From NCBI GenBank assembly GCA_030620995.1, contig JAUXIK010000006.1, positions 137 to 64,136 of the forward strand: a DNA stretch of 64,000 bases. Reading direction: 5' to 3'. How positions within the stretch are numbered: the stretch's first letter is position 1; every line of letters starts with the position of its first letter. The translations under genes and the position numbers were made by a program. This DNA comes from Candidatus Aegiribacteria sp. GTDB lineage: Bacteria > Fermentibacterota > Fermentibacteria > Fermentibacterales > JCC-6. Of this stretch, positions 1 to 10,356 are shown one piece after another. The notes under the pieces are model-generated. The model was given only the letters and a program-made list of their open reading frames with translations, did no database searches and was not told the DNA's origin.

Positions 1-149
1 CTTTGAGCGAAGAATTCTCTTTTGGTTTATCTTGTATTCCGAAAATACATACTCAATTGCTGTTTGCAAACGGCTATCGGGGACGCACAAAGAGTTGCAT
101 GTCCCCAAGACAGCGGAATTAGTTGTATATTCACTTGAATTGGAGGAAT

Positions 150-401
150 ATGTCAGAAAGCAGAGAGCTTCTTGTATCGCTTGACAGGATTGAAGAGGAG
201 ATTGCCGTTCTTGTTACAAGAGAAGGGCATATGTGGCTTCTTCCTGCGGATTATCTTCCGGAGGGATCACTTGAGGGTGATGTTTTCAACGTAATTATTG
301 AGAAGAACAGGAAAGAGACCGAGAAGCTTGCCGACAGCATACAGAGCCTTCAGCAGAGACTGCTTGATCGAACCAGTGAGCGGAATAAGAGCGACCGGTG
401 A
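150..401 (+). CDS. small DUF3006-like protein (start uncertain: 123, 135 or 150)
   Basis: ORF 123..401. ATG at 150 lies just after GGAGG (142-146). The 'LDRIEEEIAVLV...EGDVFNV' pattern recalls DUF3006. Its TGA overlaps the GTG start of the next gene. Confidence 0.5.
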   Translation: MSESRELLVSLDRIEEEIAVLVTREGHMWLLPADYLPEGSLEGDVFNVIIEKNRKETEKLADSIQSLQQRLLDRTSERNKSDR

Positions 402-1105
402 TACCAGGCAACTTAAACAAGGCTGGAAAGCTTATCCTGGTTGCCACTCCTATAGGCAATCTGGGGGATATGTCTCCCCGCGCGGTTGAGGCAATTGAGA
501 AAGCATCGGTTGTGTTTGCCGAGGATACGAGGAGGACGGCAAAATTCATAACTGAAAAGAAGAGACTTTACAGTTACCACGATCACAATGCTGCCGGAAG
601 GCTTCCCCAGTTAAAAGAATTTCTTCAGAACGGACTGACAGTAGCTCTTGTCTCAGATGCGGGTATGCCCGGAATTTCAGATCCATCGTTCAAAGCTGTC
701 AGAATTGCTGTGCAGGAAGGATTCCAGATTGAAGTTATTCCAGGTCCAACCGCCGTTACCACTGCACTTGTCGGATCCGGTCTTCCGGTGGACAGATTCG
801 CGTTCGAGGGTTTCCTTCCCAGAAAAATAGGAGCCAGAAAGAGAAAAATTGAAGAGATGTCTTCTTATACTGGTTCAATAGTATATTTCATTGGTCCTCA
901 TCATCTCCTGAAGTATCTGGGAGAGATACAGGGGATTTTAGGTAATAGACCTGTCGGCATAGCGAGAGAATTAACAAAAGTGCACGAGGAGTATATTCGA
1001 GGGAATATCTCCGATGTTATCAGGCGATTCGGTGACAGAAAGGTGCGGGGGGAGATCACAATTGTTGTTGGCGGGAAGGAACTCGGTGAAGATTACTTTG
1101 ATTGA
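398..1105 (+). CDS. rsmI: 16S rRNA (cytidine1402-2'-O)-methyltransferase
   Basis: The N-terminus 'GKLILVATPIGNLGDMSPRAVEAIEKASVVFAEDTRRT' is typical of the RsmI tetrapyrrole-methylase fold. Length is 235 aa. Confidence 0.85.
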   Translation: MIPGNLNKAGKLILVATPIGNLGDMSPRAVEAIEKASVVFAEDTRRTAKFITEKKRLYSYHDHNAAGRLPQLKEFLQNGLTVALVSDAGMPGISDPSFKAVRIAVQEGFQIEVIPGPTAVTTALVGSGLPVDRFAFEGFLPRKIGARKRKIEEMSSYTGSIVYFIGPHHLLKYLGEIQGILGNRPVGIARELTKVHEEYIRGNISDVIRRFGDRKVRGEITIVVGGKELGEDYFD

Positions 1106-1165
1106 CGATTCCCGCTCCAGTTCCTATTTTACAATGTTTATGCAAAACGATTCCCAGGAGGATAT

Positions 1166-1780
1166 TTGAACCTGGAAAGTATAAGAAATGCCGGTAGAAA
1201 ACTTCTGAATCCCGTTATCAGACTACTGGTTATAACAAGGATAAGTCCTTTTGCGGTTACGGCACTTGGTCTCATTTTTACAGTCGTTGCCTCATGGCTT
1301 GTCTGGGACGGAAAGTATATTGCCGGTGTCGCGGTTTTCATTATCGGCAGCATTCTTGATGCTATGGATGGGGAACTTGCGCGCAGGCAGGGTATAGAGA
1401 GCAAAGCTGGAGCAGTCTTTGATTCCAGCTGTGATCGCATAGGTGAGTTATTCATGTTTGCGGCTATTCTTGCCGGAAAAGCGGGAGACGCTCATCATGA
1501 GCTGGTTTACCTTGTGCCTGCCGCGCTTGGCGGCTCGTACATGGTCAGTTATGTCAGAGCCAGAGCTGAAGGAGTGAATCTTTCATGCTCTGTGGGGCTT
1601 GTCACACGGACAGAAAGGCTCATATTGCTTATACTGGGTTTAGTTGTTTCTGGATTATGGGACACAAGAGCTATAGTAATTACACTGGCCATATTAGTTG
1701 CAGGAACATGGTTCACGGCCGGTCAAAGAATGGTAAAAGTATTCAGGGACGGCAGGGAGATTTCAACTGATGATGAATAA
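1166..1780 (+). CDS. CDP-alcohol phosphatidyltransferase (candidate phosphatidylinositol-phosphate synthase)
   Basis: Complete signature D-x2-DG-x2-AR-x8-G-x3-D-x3-D in 'LDAMDGELARRQGIESKAGAVFDSSCDRIGE'. Polytopic membrane protein. TTG start after AGGAGG. Lies directly upstream of ino1. Confidence 0.8.
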   Translation: MNLESIRNAGRKLLNPVIRLLVITRISPFAVTALGLIFTVVASWLVWDGKYIAGVAVFIIGSILDAMDGELARRQGIESKAGAVFDSSCDRIGELFMFAAILAGKAGDAHHELVYLVPAALGGSYMVSYVRARAEGVNLSCSVGLVTRTERLILLILGLVVSGLWDTRAIVITLAILVAGTWFTAGQRMVKVFRDGREISTDDE

Positions 1781-1831
1781 TCCCGTAAAGTCGTCTGCAA
1801 TTTCGTTTCAATCCCTTCAGGGAGGCTATGA

Positions 1832-2953
1832 ATGTCCAAGAAAGTAAGAGTAGCGATAATTGGAGTCGGAAACTGCGCCAGCAGTCTTGTTCAGGGCGTG
1901 GAGTTTTATAGAAAAACACCCGATCATGAAAAGGTCCCGGGCCTTATGCATGTTAACCTTGGTGGATATCATATCAACGATATCGTTTTTTCAGCTGCGT
2001 TTGATATCAACGTTACAAAAGTGGGCAAGGATCTCAGTGAAGCGATATTCGCTGACCCCAACTGTACGGTCAAACTATGCGATGTTCCTGAAATAGGTGT
2101 TTCCGTACATCGTGGAATGACACATGACGGTCTGGGAAAGTATCTGAAGGAAGTTATTAAGAAAGCGCCCGGCCCCACATCTGACATTGTTGGTATTCTC
2201 AAAGAAACAAAGACCGATGTTGTTGTGAGTTATCTTCCGGTAGGCAGCGAAGAAGCGACAAAATGGTACGTTGAACAGATACTTGAAGCCGGTTGCGCAT
2301 TTGTGAATGCCATCCCGGTATTTATCGCCAGTGAGGAATACTGGCAGAAGAGGTTCCGTGATAAAGGACTTCCCGTTTTCGGTGACGATATCAAGAGTCA
2401 GGTAGGAGCTACAATCCTGCACAGAGTTATGACCCGGCTTTACGAAGACAGAGGTGTAAGACTTGACCGTACATACCAGCTGAATGTCGGCGGCAATACT
2501 GACTTCCTGAACATGCTTGAGCGTGAAAGACTTGAAAGCAAGAAGATATCCAAGACCAATGCTGTAACTTCACAGCTTCCCGGCGGACTCGCTCCCCGGA
2601 ACGTTCACATCGGCCCAAGTGATTACATACCCTGGCTCGATGACCGGAAGTGGTGCTATATCCGCATGGAAGGTACCAGTTTCGGTGAAGTTTCATTGAA
2701 TATTGAAGCCAAACTTGAAGTTGTGGACAGCCCGAACTCGGCCGGAGTTATCATAGATGCGGTAAGATGCGCTAAACTTGCTCTGGACAATGGACTTTCC
2801 GGAGCAGTCGAAGCTCCTTCATCCTACTTCTTTAAAACTCCCCCCATTCAGTACTACGATGATGAGTGCAGAAGGCTTACCGAGGAGTACATCACGGAGT
2901 TTGGACAGAAAAAGCAGGATAAGACGACTTCTGAGAAAAAGTCAAAGAAATAG
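1832..2953 (+). CDS. ino1: myo-inositol-1-phosphate synthase
   Basis: The N-terminal Rossmann motif '[22 protein letters not shown]' and a length of 373 aa fit bacterial/archaeal MIPS. RBS GGGAGG. Confidence 0.85.
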   Translation: MSKKVRVAIIGVGNCASSLVQGVEFYRKTPDHEKVPGLMHVNLGGYHINDIVFSAAFDINVTKVGKDLSEAIFADPNCTVKLCDVPEIGVSVHRGMTHDGLGKYLKEVIKKAPGPTSDIVGILKETKTDVVVSYLPVGSEEATKWYVEQILEAGCAFVNAIPVFIASEEYWQKRFRDKGLPVFGDDIKSQVGATILHRVMTRLYEDRGVRLDRTYQLNVGGNTDFLNMLERERLESKKISKTNAVTSQLPGGLAPRNVHIGPSDYIPWLDDRKWCYIRMEGTSFGEVSLNIEAKLEVVDSPNSAGVIIDAVRCAKLALDNGLSGAVEAPSSYFFKTPPIQYYDDECRRLTEEYITEFGQKKQDKTTSEKKSKK

Positions 2954-2961
2954 AATAGATC

Positions 2962-3633
2962 TTGGATAGAGATTCCGACAGTTCTGCAGGTTGTTTCATC
3001 ACCTTTGAAGGTGTTGAGGGAGCTGGCAAATCGTCAAGGTGTTTGACCCTTATCGATTCACTTGAGAAGAGTGGTATTGAAGTCGTTCATACCCGTGAAC
3101 CGGGTGGCCCTTACGCATCTGAGAAAATACGATCAATACTGCTTGATCCCGATCTGACAGTACCACCTTTAACCGAACTGATGCTGTATCTGGCTTCCAG
3201 AGCCTCAAATGTTGAACTGGTTGTCAGACCGGCGCTTGAAGCGGGAAAGCATGTTGTCTGTGAGCGGTACTCAGACGCAACATATGCTTATCAGATAGGA
3301 GGAAGAGGGCTTCCTTCGGAACCGGTGAAGGAGTCGAACAGGCTCGCTACCGGAGGTCTTGTCCCCGATTTGACGATACTGCTTGATATTGACCCTGAGG
3401 AAGGTTTCCGAAGGCTCATGAGGCAAGGTCGGAAGCGTGATCGAATTGAACTTGAGGATATCTCTTTTCACAGACGTGTCAGGCGGATGTATCTTGATAT
3501 GGCCAAATCGTTCGATAGGTACTTTGTAGTGGATGCGATGTTGAATCCCGCTCAACAGGATGAAATTATTTTAAGTAACGTGATCAGTTTGATTGCGAGA
3601 AGATCGATCAAAACGGAGGAGAAAGATAGATGA
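2962..3633 (+). CDS. tmk: thymidylate kinase
   Basis: P-loop 'FITFEGVEGAGKSS', plus 'TREPGG' and 'DRYxxS'-like 'ERYSDAT'. TTG start. Confidence 0.85.
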   Translation: MDRDSDSSAGCFITFEGVEGAGKSSRCLTLIDSLEKSGIEVVHTREPGGPYASEKIRSILLDPDLTVPPLTELMLYLASRASNVELVVRPALEAGKHVVCERYSDATYAYQIGGRGLPSEPVKESNRLATGGLVPDLTILLDIDPEEGFRRLMRQGRKRDRIELEDISFHRRVRRMYLDMAKSFDRYFVVDAMLNPAQQDEIILSNVISLIARRSIKTEEKDR

Positions 3634-5108
3634 AAAAGTTTCTGCCAGGCTGGGTGACAGTCATGTTCGCCGCTGGTCTTCTGCTTGCCGGTGGATTGAT
3701 GGTCCTTCCCTCCGCGATCGCGTATGACTCGGTTTCAACGAGTTCCTCCATTGAACTGTTCATGGAAGTATTCTCAAGAACTTCAGTAACATATGTTGAT
3801 CCGGTTGAATCAATAGAACTGATCGAGGCTGCTCTAAGAGGTATGCTGGAGTCCCTTGATCCGAACAGTGTTCTTCTAAATCCGGAGGACTATGAAAACC
3901 TCAGGATACAGCTGACAGGTTCCTTTGAAGGAGTTGGGATTACGATTGGAATCAGGGATGACTGGCTTACCGTGATATCTCCGCTCGAAGGTACACCTGC
4001 GTTTCAGGCAGGCATGAAAGCGGGAGACAGAATCGTTGAGATTGACGATAACTCCACAGAAGGAATCACAACGGATAAAGCAGTAATGCAGATAAGAGGG
4101 CCAAGAGGAAGTACTGTAAATCTCACGGTTGTACGACCAGGTTCACCAGATTCCCTTGAATTTGAAATTGTGAGAGATGTTATAGATCTTCCCTCGGTTT
4201 CTGCCGGATTCATGATAGATGATACTACCGGTTTTATTCGCTTATCAAGGTTTGGAGAGGAATCCGCGAAGGAAGTAAGAGCGGTTCTTCGGGATCTTAT
4301 TACCGAGGGCGCTGAATATCTGATACTTGATATACGTGGAAATGCGGGTGGACTGTTTTCAGCAGCAGTTGATATTGCCGACTTATTCCTTCCTGCGGGA
4401 ACACTTGTTGTTTCCACCAGAGGAAACGCGGTCGGAGAGCACCAGTACTTCACTTCGAAAGGACGAACTTTCACTGGAGAACTTGTTATTCTCGTTGATG
4501 GAGGGAGTGCAAGCTCGTCTGAGATTCTGGCGGGAGCTATTCAGGATCATGGTGCCGGTACTCTTATCGGAAACAGAACTTTTGGAAAAGGATCCGTTCA
4601 AACATTGATAGATCTTGGTGATTTTCACAATCTTGGACATTACGGAGTCAAGCTTACCACCGCGAGATACTTTACACCTGAAGGAAGAAACATTGACAGA
4701 ACCCTGTCCGACGATTTCATGAATGGCCCCGAGGAAGACAGCCTTGCGGACTGGGGCATTCTTCCGGATATCACCATCGAATCTCCCGAAATCATCGGAT
4801 CTCTGCCGGTAGAGCTGATCGTCAGATCAATGTTCTTTAAATTTGCGACAGATTACGTTCTTGAACATGAAATTACAGAAGAATTCTGGCCTGACAGCAC
4901 ATGTATGGCGGAGTTCATGCAATTTCTGGATGAAGAAGATCTGGAATGGGACTGCGGAGAATTTGAAGAAAATCTGTTTTATATCGAGAGAGCGCTATTC
5001 GCGGAGATTGCTGCTAGAACCTATGACAGGGAGACTTTCTACGTAGCTATGACACCTCACGATGAAACGGTTCAGAGAGCGCTGATGCTTTTTCGGGAAG
5101 GTGAGTAG
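3630..5108 (+). CDS. S41 carboxy-terminal processing peptidase with PDZ domain
   Basis: Signal/TM N-terminus. PDZ 'GVGITIG...VISPLEGTPAFQAGMKAGDRIVEID'. Catalytic region 'GGSASSSEILAGAIQDHGAGTLIGNRTFGKGSVQ'. Confidence 0.85.
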   Translation: MKKFLPGWVTVMFAAGLLLAGGLMVLPSAIAYDSVSTSSSIELFMEVFSRTSVTYVDPVESIELIEAALRGMLESLDPNSVLLNPEDYENLRIQLTGSFEGVGITIGIRDDWLTVISPLEGTPAFQAGMKAGDRIVEIDDNSTEGITTDKAVMQIRGPRGSTVNLTVVRPGSPDSLEFEIVRDVIDLPSVSAGFMIDDTTGFIRLSRFGEESAKEVRAVLRDLITEGAEYLILDIRGNAGGLFSAAVDIADLFLPAGTLVVSTRGNAVGEHQYFTSKGRTFTGELVILVDGGSASSSEILAGAIQDHGAGTLIGNRTFGKGSVQTLIDLGDFHNLGHYGVKLTTARYFTPEGRNIDRTLSDDFMNGPEEDSLADWGILPDITIESPEIIGSLPVELIVRSMFFKFATDYVLEHEITEEFWPDSTCMAEFMQFLDEEDLEWDCGEFEENLFYIERALFAEIAARTYDRETFYVAMTPHDETVQRALMLFREGE

Positions 5109-6508
5109 TGAAGATAAAATTCGGCACTTCCGGGTGGCGGGGAGTCATTGCGCAGGAGTTCACATGGGAAAAAGTAAACCGTGTCGTTGACGCAATTTCA
5201 GTTCTTCTACAGAGGGAGGGGCACAAAAGTATTGTTGTAGGTGGAGACTGCCGCTTTCTCTCGCCTGAACTTGCAGAATCTACAGCCTCACGAATGTCAG
5301 ATTACGGTTTTCATGCAGTACTCGCTGATACTCCCACACCCACTCCAGTTCTCTCTCATGCATGCAGACTTGGCGGACATGGCGGGGTAATAAACTTTAC
5401 CGCAAGCCACAATCCGCCCTTGTACAATGGTATCAAATTTTCTCCTTCGCATGGCGGACCTGCAGGAGATGAGACCACCGGTGTGATCGAGGAACTGATT
5501 GAGGCAGAAGTCCGACCTTCCTTCGCAACAGGATCGGTATCGACTGATGATTTACTTCGAGCCTATACGGAAACAATTCTGGAGTATCTGGATGAAGATG
5601 CTTTTCGGCAGGGCGGTCTGAGGGTTGTTTACGATGCTTTTTCCGGAGCCGGCTCCGGACTTCTCGATAGAATACTGGTTGATCTTGGCGCAGCAGTGAG
5701 AGTCATCAACGGGAAGCGTGATCCGCTGTTTGCCGGACGGCAGCACCCTGAACCGGGAATAGCTGGAACAGTCGATCTTGCTTCACAGGTTATTAAGAGT
5801 GGCGCGTCTCTGGGAGTTGCAACGGATGGCGATGCTGATCGCTTCGGACTTATCGATGAAAATGGATGCTTCATTTCACCCCATGATTACTTACCGTTAC
5901 TTCTGGAATACCTGGTTGAGAAGAAGGGAATGAAGGGTCTTGTACTCAGATCAGTCACAACAGGAAGCCTTATTGACAGAGTTGCTCATGCTCACAACCT
6001 GGAGATTGAGGTTACTCCTGTTGGATTCAAGTATCTTGGTGCCAGAATGCTTGAAACTGATGTTATTCTGGCGGGAGAAGAAAGCGGCGGGCTTTCAATA
6101 AAGGGTCATGTTCCTGAGAAGGATGGAATCCTGGCCTGCCTTCTGGCCGCTGAAATGGTATGTGCCAGAGGAAAGGGGCTGGCTGCACAGCTTGAGGAAC
6201 TCTGGTTCAAGTACGGCAGAGTACATGTTTCAAGAATTGATCTGCAACTTGATGACCGGCTGAGAGAATTCCTGATTGAGCATTTCTTCGAATCGATTCC
6301 TTCAAAAGTCGCGGGCAGTTCCGTCAGATCAGTTGACCATACTGATGGTGTCAGATTTCTTCTTGAGAATGACAGCTGGGTTCTTATAAGACTAAGCGGA
6401 ACAGAGCCGCTTGCAAGAATATATGCTCAGGCCAATACACCGATCGAGAGAGACAGAATACTGAATACAGTGATTGAGGATGCAGGTGTACAGGGAGACT
6501 CTCAATGA
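5108..6508 (+). CDS. phosphoglucomutase/phosphomannomutase family protein
   Basis: 'FGTSGWRG', active-site 'TASHNP', Mg loop 'ATDGDADR' and sugar loop 'GEESGG'. GTG start overlaps the previous stop. Confidence 0.85.
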   Translation: MKIKFGTSGWRGVIAQEFTWEKVNRVVDAISVLLQREGHKSIVVGGDCRFLSPELAESTASRMSDYGFHAVLADTPTPTPVLSHACRLGGHGGVINFTASHNPPLYNGIKFSPSHGGPAGDETTGVIEELIEAEVRPSFATGSVSTDDLLRAYTETILEYLDEDAFRQGGLRVVYDAFSGAGSGLLDRILVDLGAAVRVINGKRDPLFAGRQHPEPGIAGTVDLASQVIKSGASLGVATDGDADRFGLIDENGCFISPHDYLPLLLEYLVEKKGMKGLVLRSVTTGSLIDRVAHAHNLEIEVTPVGFKYLGARMLETDVILAGEESGGLSIKGHVPEKDGILACLLAAEMVCARGKGLAAQLEELWFKYGRVHVSRIDLQLDDRLREFLIEHFFESIPSKVAGSSVRSVDHTDGVRFLLENDSWVLIRLSGTEPLARIYAQANTPIERDRILNTVIEDAGVQGDSQ

Positions 6509-6933
6509 AGATGGATACAGCTTCGCTGACTATCAATATGAAAAGTCTGTCTCACGGAATCAATAAGGAAAGATTTGAGCTTTCGCTCAAGGAAATTGAC
6601 TGGAACATGGATAATATCGAGCCCGGGGACAATCAGGCGTTCATTGATCTGGAAGTTAACCTGGAGGACAGGGGTATTATCTGTCAAGGCATTCTGGAAG
6701 CCGTATTTGTCATGCCCTGTGCGAGATGCCTTAAAAAAGTGAGTTTTCCGATTACCGAGGAAATCTACAGAGTCTATTCATGGGACGATAGTATCTCTGA
6801 TGACTTAGACTCGGAAACCGTTATTCTGGGCGGGGGATTCAGCATTCTGGACGCTGTCCGGGAATCCATAATTCTGTCTATACCGGGGAAACTTCTCTGT
6901 ACCCCGGACTGCCGGGGAATTAGTTATATTTAA
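6505..6933 (+). CDS. yceD: DUF177 (YceD-like) protein
   Basis: Cys pairs 'CARCL' and 'CTPDCRG', and the conserved position immediately upstream of rpmF. Confidence 0.7.
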   Translation: MKMDTASLTINMKSLSHGINKERFELSLKEIDWNMDNIEPGDNQAFIDLEVNLEDRGIICQGILEAVFVMPCARCLKKVSFPITEEIYRVYSWDDSISDDLDSETVILGGGFSILDAVRESIILSIPGKLLCTPDCRGISYI

Positions 6934-7008
6934 GTATACTTGGTTAGGTTGACTTTTTTAAACACGAAGACAGTTACATCCTGTTAATACAGGGAAAGAG
7001 AAGGAATA

Positions 7009-7191
7009 ATGCCAGTACCTAAAAGAAGACATTCATCAACCAGACGAGATAAACGGAGAGCTAACGATGCTCTGAAAGCTAAATCAACAAGCAGTTGTCC
7101 TCAGTGTGGTGAACCGAGACTTCCGCACAGAGTATGTAAACATTGTGGATTCTATGATGGCAGACAGGTCATAGAACCGGAGGAGAAGTAA
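7009..7191 (+). CDS. rpmF: 50S ribosomal protein L32
   Basis: '[18 protein letters not shown]' plus zinc-ribbon 'CPQCGE...CKHCG'. Confidence 0.95.
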   Translation: MPVPKRRHSSTRRDKRRANDALKAKSTSSCPQCGEPRLPHRVCKHCGFYDGRQVIEPEEK

Positions 7192-7224
7192 TCATCCGCA
7201 GTTGTTTTTCCGGAACTGAAGGAT

Positions 7225-8256
7225 TTGTCCTTGCCTGATTCACTCACTATTGCTATTGACGCTATGGGGGGAGACAACGGGCCTTCTGTAGTAGTTGACG
7301 GAGCAATACTGTTTTTCAGGGAATGCCACAGATTAGTTACTGAAAAAGTTTCTCTGATTCTCGTAGGAGACAGAGACTTGCTTGCAGGGCTGATTTCCCG
7401 CAGGGGAGGAGCCAGGCTTCCAATATCAATTCAGCATGCCTCTCAGGTCATTACAATGGATGATCATCCGGCTGAATCCCTGAAGAATAAGCCGGACAGC
7501 TCGATGCTTGTAATGGCCGGGCTCCAGAAGAAGGGGCTTGTGCAGGCAATGGTCAGTGCGGGCAATACCGGCGCAATGATGGCTGCAAGTCTTTTTGCTC
7601 TGGGAAGAATAAAAGGGGTTCCCCGTCCGGCAATTGCTGCTTCACTCCCCAGCCAGAATAATCCGACAGTCGTGCTGGATGTGGGGGCAAATATAGGGTG
7701 TAAACCGGAGCAGCTTCTTCAATTTGCGCTTATGGGAGATGCCTATTCAAGGTGCGTATTCGGAATTGATAATCCCAGAATAACTCTGCTCAATGTCGGT
7801 ACGGAGAAATCAAAGGGTCCTGCGATTATTCGGGAAGTATATGAAATGCTGGCTGTTTCGAAGTTGAATTTTAAGGGTTATATCGAAGGTGATGGAATAC
7901 TAAAAGGAGAAGCTGACGTTGTAGTCTGCGATGGATTTGTTGGCAACGTTCTTCTTAAAACCTTTGAGTCAATTGCGGACCTTGTTGGCGGATCTCTCTA
8001 CCTGGAAATGAAACGTCACTGGGCCTCAAGAGCCGGTTACCTTCTTATGCGGCATTCCTTTTCAAAGCTCTGGGAGAAACTGGACTCCGCGGAATACGGC
8101 GGGGCTCCCCTCCTTGGTCTTAATGGAGTATCAATTGTAGCTCACGGAAGCAGCAGCTCGAAGGCAATAAAGAACGCGATTGTTGCTTCCTGTGATTTTT
8201 ATCGAAGCGGGGTAAAAGAACGAATTCAGCAGGAAATTCAAGATACGATATCGTGA
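7225..8256 (+). CDS. plsX: phosphate acyltransferase
   Basis: 'IAIDAMGGDNGP', 'SAGNTGA' and 'DGFVGNVLLK'. Sits in the rpmF-plsX-fab context. Confidence 0.9.
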   Translation: MSLPDSLTIAIDAMGGDNGPSVVVDGAILFFRECHRLVTEKVSLILVGDRDLLAGLISRRGGARLPISIQHASQVITMDDHPAESLKNKPDSSMLVMAGLQKKGLVQAMVSAGNTGAMMAASLFALGRIKGVPRPAIAASLPSQNNPTVVLDVGANIGCKPEQLLQFALMGDAYSRCVFGIDNPRITLLNVGTEKSKGPAIIREVYEMLAVSKLNFKGYIEGDGILKGEADVVVCDGFVGNVLLKTFESIADLVGGSLYLEMKRHWASRAGYLLMRHSFSKLWEKLDSAEYGGAPLLGLNGVSIVAHGSSSSKAIKNAIVASCDFYRSGVKERIQQEIQDTIS

Positions 8257-8269
8257 GATTGGAGACATA

Positions 8270-9259
8270 GTGAGTAGGAATGCCTATATCGTTGGAACAG
8301 GTCATAAAGTCCCTGACGGAGTGCTGACAAATGCCGATCTTGAAAAGATCGTTGATACTACAGATGAATGGATAACAACCAGAACCGGGATAAAGGAACG
8401 AAGAAAAACAGATGACGATACTGCTACTTCGGATCTTGTAGCAGTTGCTGTTGAAAAAGCCATGAAGGATGCCGGCTGGAAGCCTGAGGATGTACAGGGT
8501 ATTATTGTAGGCACAGTAACACCGGATTATTGCTTCCCGTCAACTGCCGCTCTCGTGGCTGACAGGCTTGGTTTAGGCACAGTACCTGCCTACGATTTTG
8601 AAGCAGGATGCACCGCGTTCATCTATGGCCTTGTGCAGGCTAAAGCATTTATCGAATCCGGAATGATGGACAGGATTATAGTGGTAGGCGCAGACTGTCT
8701 GACAAAGATAACCAACTGGAACGACCGCACCAGCTGTATCCTATTTGGCGACGGAGCCGGAGCGGTAGCCGTGTCATCGGAAGGACCGGGCGGAAGACTG
8801 GGAGGGTGGCACTGGGGCAGTGACGGTTCTCTCGGAAAACATCTCATTCAACCCGGGGGTGGAGCCAGAAGACCCGCCTCTCACGAGACGGTTGATCTTA
8901 TCGAACACACGATTCATATGGATGGTTCCAGAATATTCAAGCATGCTGTAAGGGCAATGCGTGATTCATGCATGAAAGCGCTCGAGAAGGATGGCACGGA
9001 GAAGAAGGACGTTGATCTTCTCATTTCACATCAGGCGAACCTCAGAATTATAGATGCAACGGCACGAGCTCTTGAACTCAAACCTGAACAGGTTTACATA
9101 AATATTCAGAAGTATGGTAACACATCCGCGGCTTCCATTCCCATGGCGCTTGATGAAGCGATGAGAGATGGAACTATCAGCACTCCTAACACGGTTGTGC
9201 TTGCCGCTTTCGGTGCAGGGCTGACCTGGGGTGGAATGATATTGCACTGGGACGAATGA
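8270..9259 (+). CDS. fabH: 3-oxoacyl-ACP synthase III
   Basis: 'TSDEWI..RTGI' equivalent 'TDEWITTRTGIKERR', active-site Cys in 'EAGCTAF', 'HQANLRI' and 'GNTSAASIP'. Confidence 0.9.
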   Translation: MSRNAYIVGTGHKVPDGVLTNADLEKIVDTTDEWITTRTGIKERRKTDDDTATSDLVAVAVEKAMKDAGWKPEDVQGIIVGTVTPDYCFPSTAALVADRLGLGTVPAYDFEAGCTAFIYGLVQAKAFIESGMMDRIIVVGADCLTKITNWNDRTSCILFGDGAGAVAVSSEGPGGRLGGWHWGSDGSLGKHLIQPGGGARRPASHETVDLIEHTIHMDGSRIFKHAVRAMRDSCMKALEKDGTEKKDVDLLISHQANLRIIDATARALELKPEQVYINIQKYGNTSAASIPMALDEAMRDGTISTPNTVVLAAFGAGLTWGGMILHWDE

Positions 9260-9993
9260 GGGGGGCGACAGTGAACAGACTGGCTGTTGTAACAGGTGCC
9301 GCCAGAGGGATAGGTTTTTCGATTTCTGAGAAGCTTATTAACTCCGGATGGTCAGTAGCGGGCTGTGATGTGCTTGAGGAAGATCTGAATAAAAAATCCG
9401 AGCAGCTTGGAGATCATTTCAGTGCCTGGGTACTCGATATTGCAGACGAGGACGCTGTAAATGAAACCGCAGGCAGAATCGAGAAAGAGCTTGGCCCTGT
9501 ATTCGGCCTTGTGAACAATGCTGGAATCACCCGTGATGGTCTCATTATGCGAATGAAAAAAACTGACTGGGATGCCGTTCTGAATGTGAATCTTACAGGT
9601 GCTTTTCTTATGTGCAGGGCTTTTTCCCGTGGAATGCTGCGCCAGAAAGAGGGATCGATTGTTAATATTTCATCTGTTGTGGCATTACTGGGAGCAGCCG
9701 GACAGGCGAATTACGCATCTACCAAAGCAGGACTGATCGGTCTGACCAGAGCTTTATGCCGCGAGTTCGCGGCACGGAATATCCGCGTAAATGCGATTGC
9801 TCCAGGATTTATCGAGACAGAAATGACGAGTGAGCTTTCGGATGAGGTTCGAGAGGACTATGCCAGCAGGGTTCCAATGAAGAGAATGGGATTGCCCGGT
9901 AATGTTGCGGATGCGGTGCATTTTCTTCTTGATGATGTTTCCGCATATATTACCGGGGTAGTACTTCCGGTAGATGGCGGATTGACAACCTGA
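9256..9993 (+). CDS. fabG: 3-oxoacyl-ACP reductase
   Basis: SDR motifs 'VTGAARGIG', 'NNAG' and 'YASTKAG'. The start may instead be GTG at 9271. Confidence 0.9.
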   Translation: MRGATVNRLAVVTGAARGIGFSISEKLINSGWSVAGCDVLEEDLNKKSEQLGDHFSAWVLDIADEDAVNETAGRIEKELGPVFGLVNNAGITRDGLIMRMKKTDWDAVLNVNLTGAFLMCRAFSRGMLRQKEGSIVNISSVVALLGAAGQANYASTKAGLIGLTRALCREFAARNIRVNAIAPGFIETEMTSELSDEVREDYASRVPMKRMGLPGNVADAVHFLLDDVSAYITGVVLPVDGGLTT

Positions 9994-10006
9994 GAAAGGA
10001 CAAAAT

Positions 10007-10243
10007 ATGTCACTAGAAAGCCGTGTAGCTGAAATCATAATTGACAAGCTTGGCGTTAAGCCTGAGCAGATAACAGCGGAAGCACAGTTTGATACGGACC
10101 TCGGTGCTGACTCCATAGATCAGTACGAACTCATAATGGGGTTTGAAGATGCTTTCGGACTCAGGATCGATGAAGATGAAGCAACCAAGCTTACTACGGT
10201 TGGCAAGGTAGTAGAGTATCTCAAGGAAAAGGGTCTCGATTAA
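10007..10243 (+). CDS. acpP: acyl carrier protein
   Basis: 78 aa. Phosphopantetheine site 'LGADSIDQYELIM'. Confidence 0.9.
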   Translation: MSLESRVAEIIIDKLGVKPEQITAEAQFDTDLGADSIDQYELIMGFEDAFGLRIDEDEATKLTTVGKVVEYLKEKGLD

Positions 10244-10267
10244 AGGAACTGCTTTATTCGCACGGTG

Positions 10268-10298
10268 CGCACCGCAGGAAAATGTTTGCTGCGGTGCG
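10268..10298 (+). other. 10-bp perfect hairpin in the acpP-fabF spacer (no U-tract)
   Basis: cgcaccgcag (10268-10277) pairs with ctgcggtgcg (10289-10298) around an 11-nt loop. It could be an attenuator or processing site. Function not established. Confidence 0.3.
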
Positions 10299-10356
10299 GT
10301 ACTGTGTAAATAGACTGGTTCTGTTCAGAACGATATAAGAACAGGGGACGAATTCT

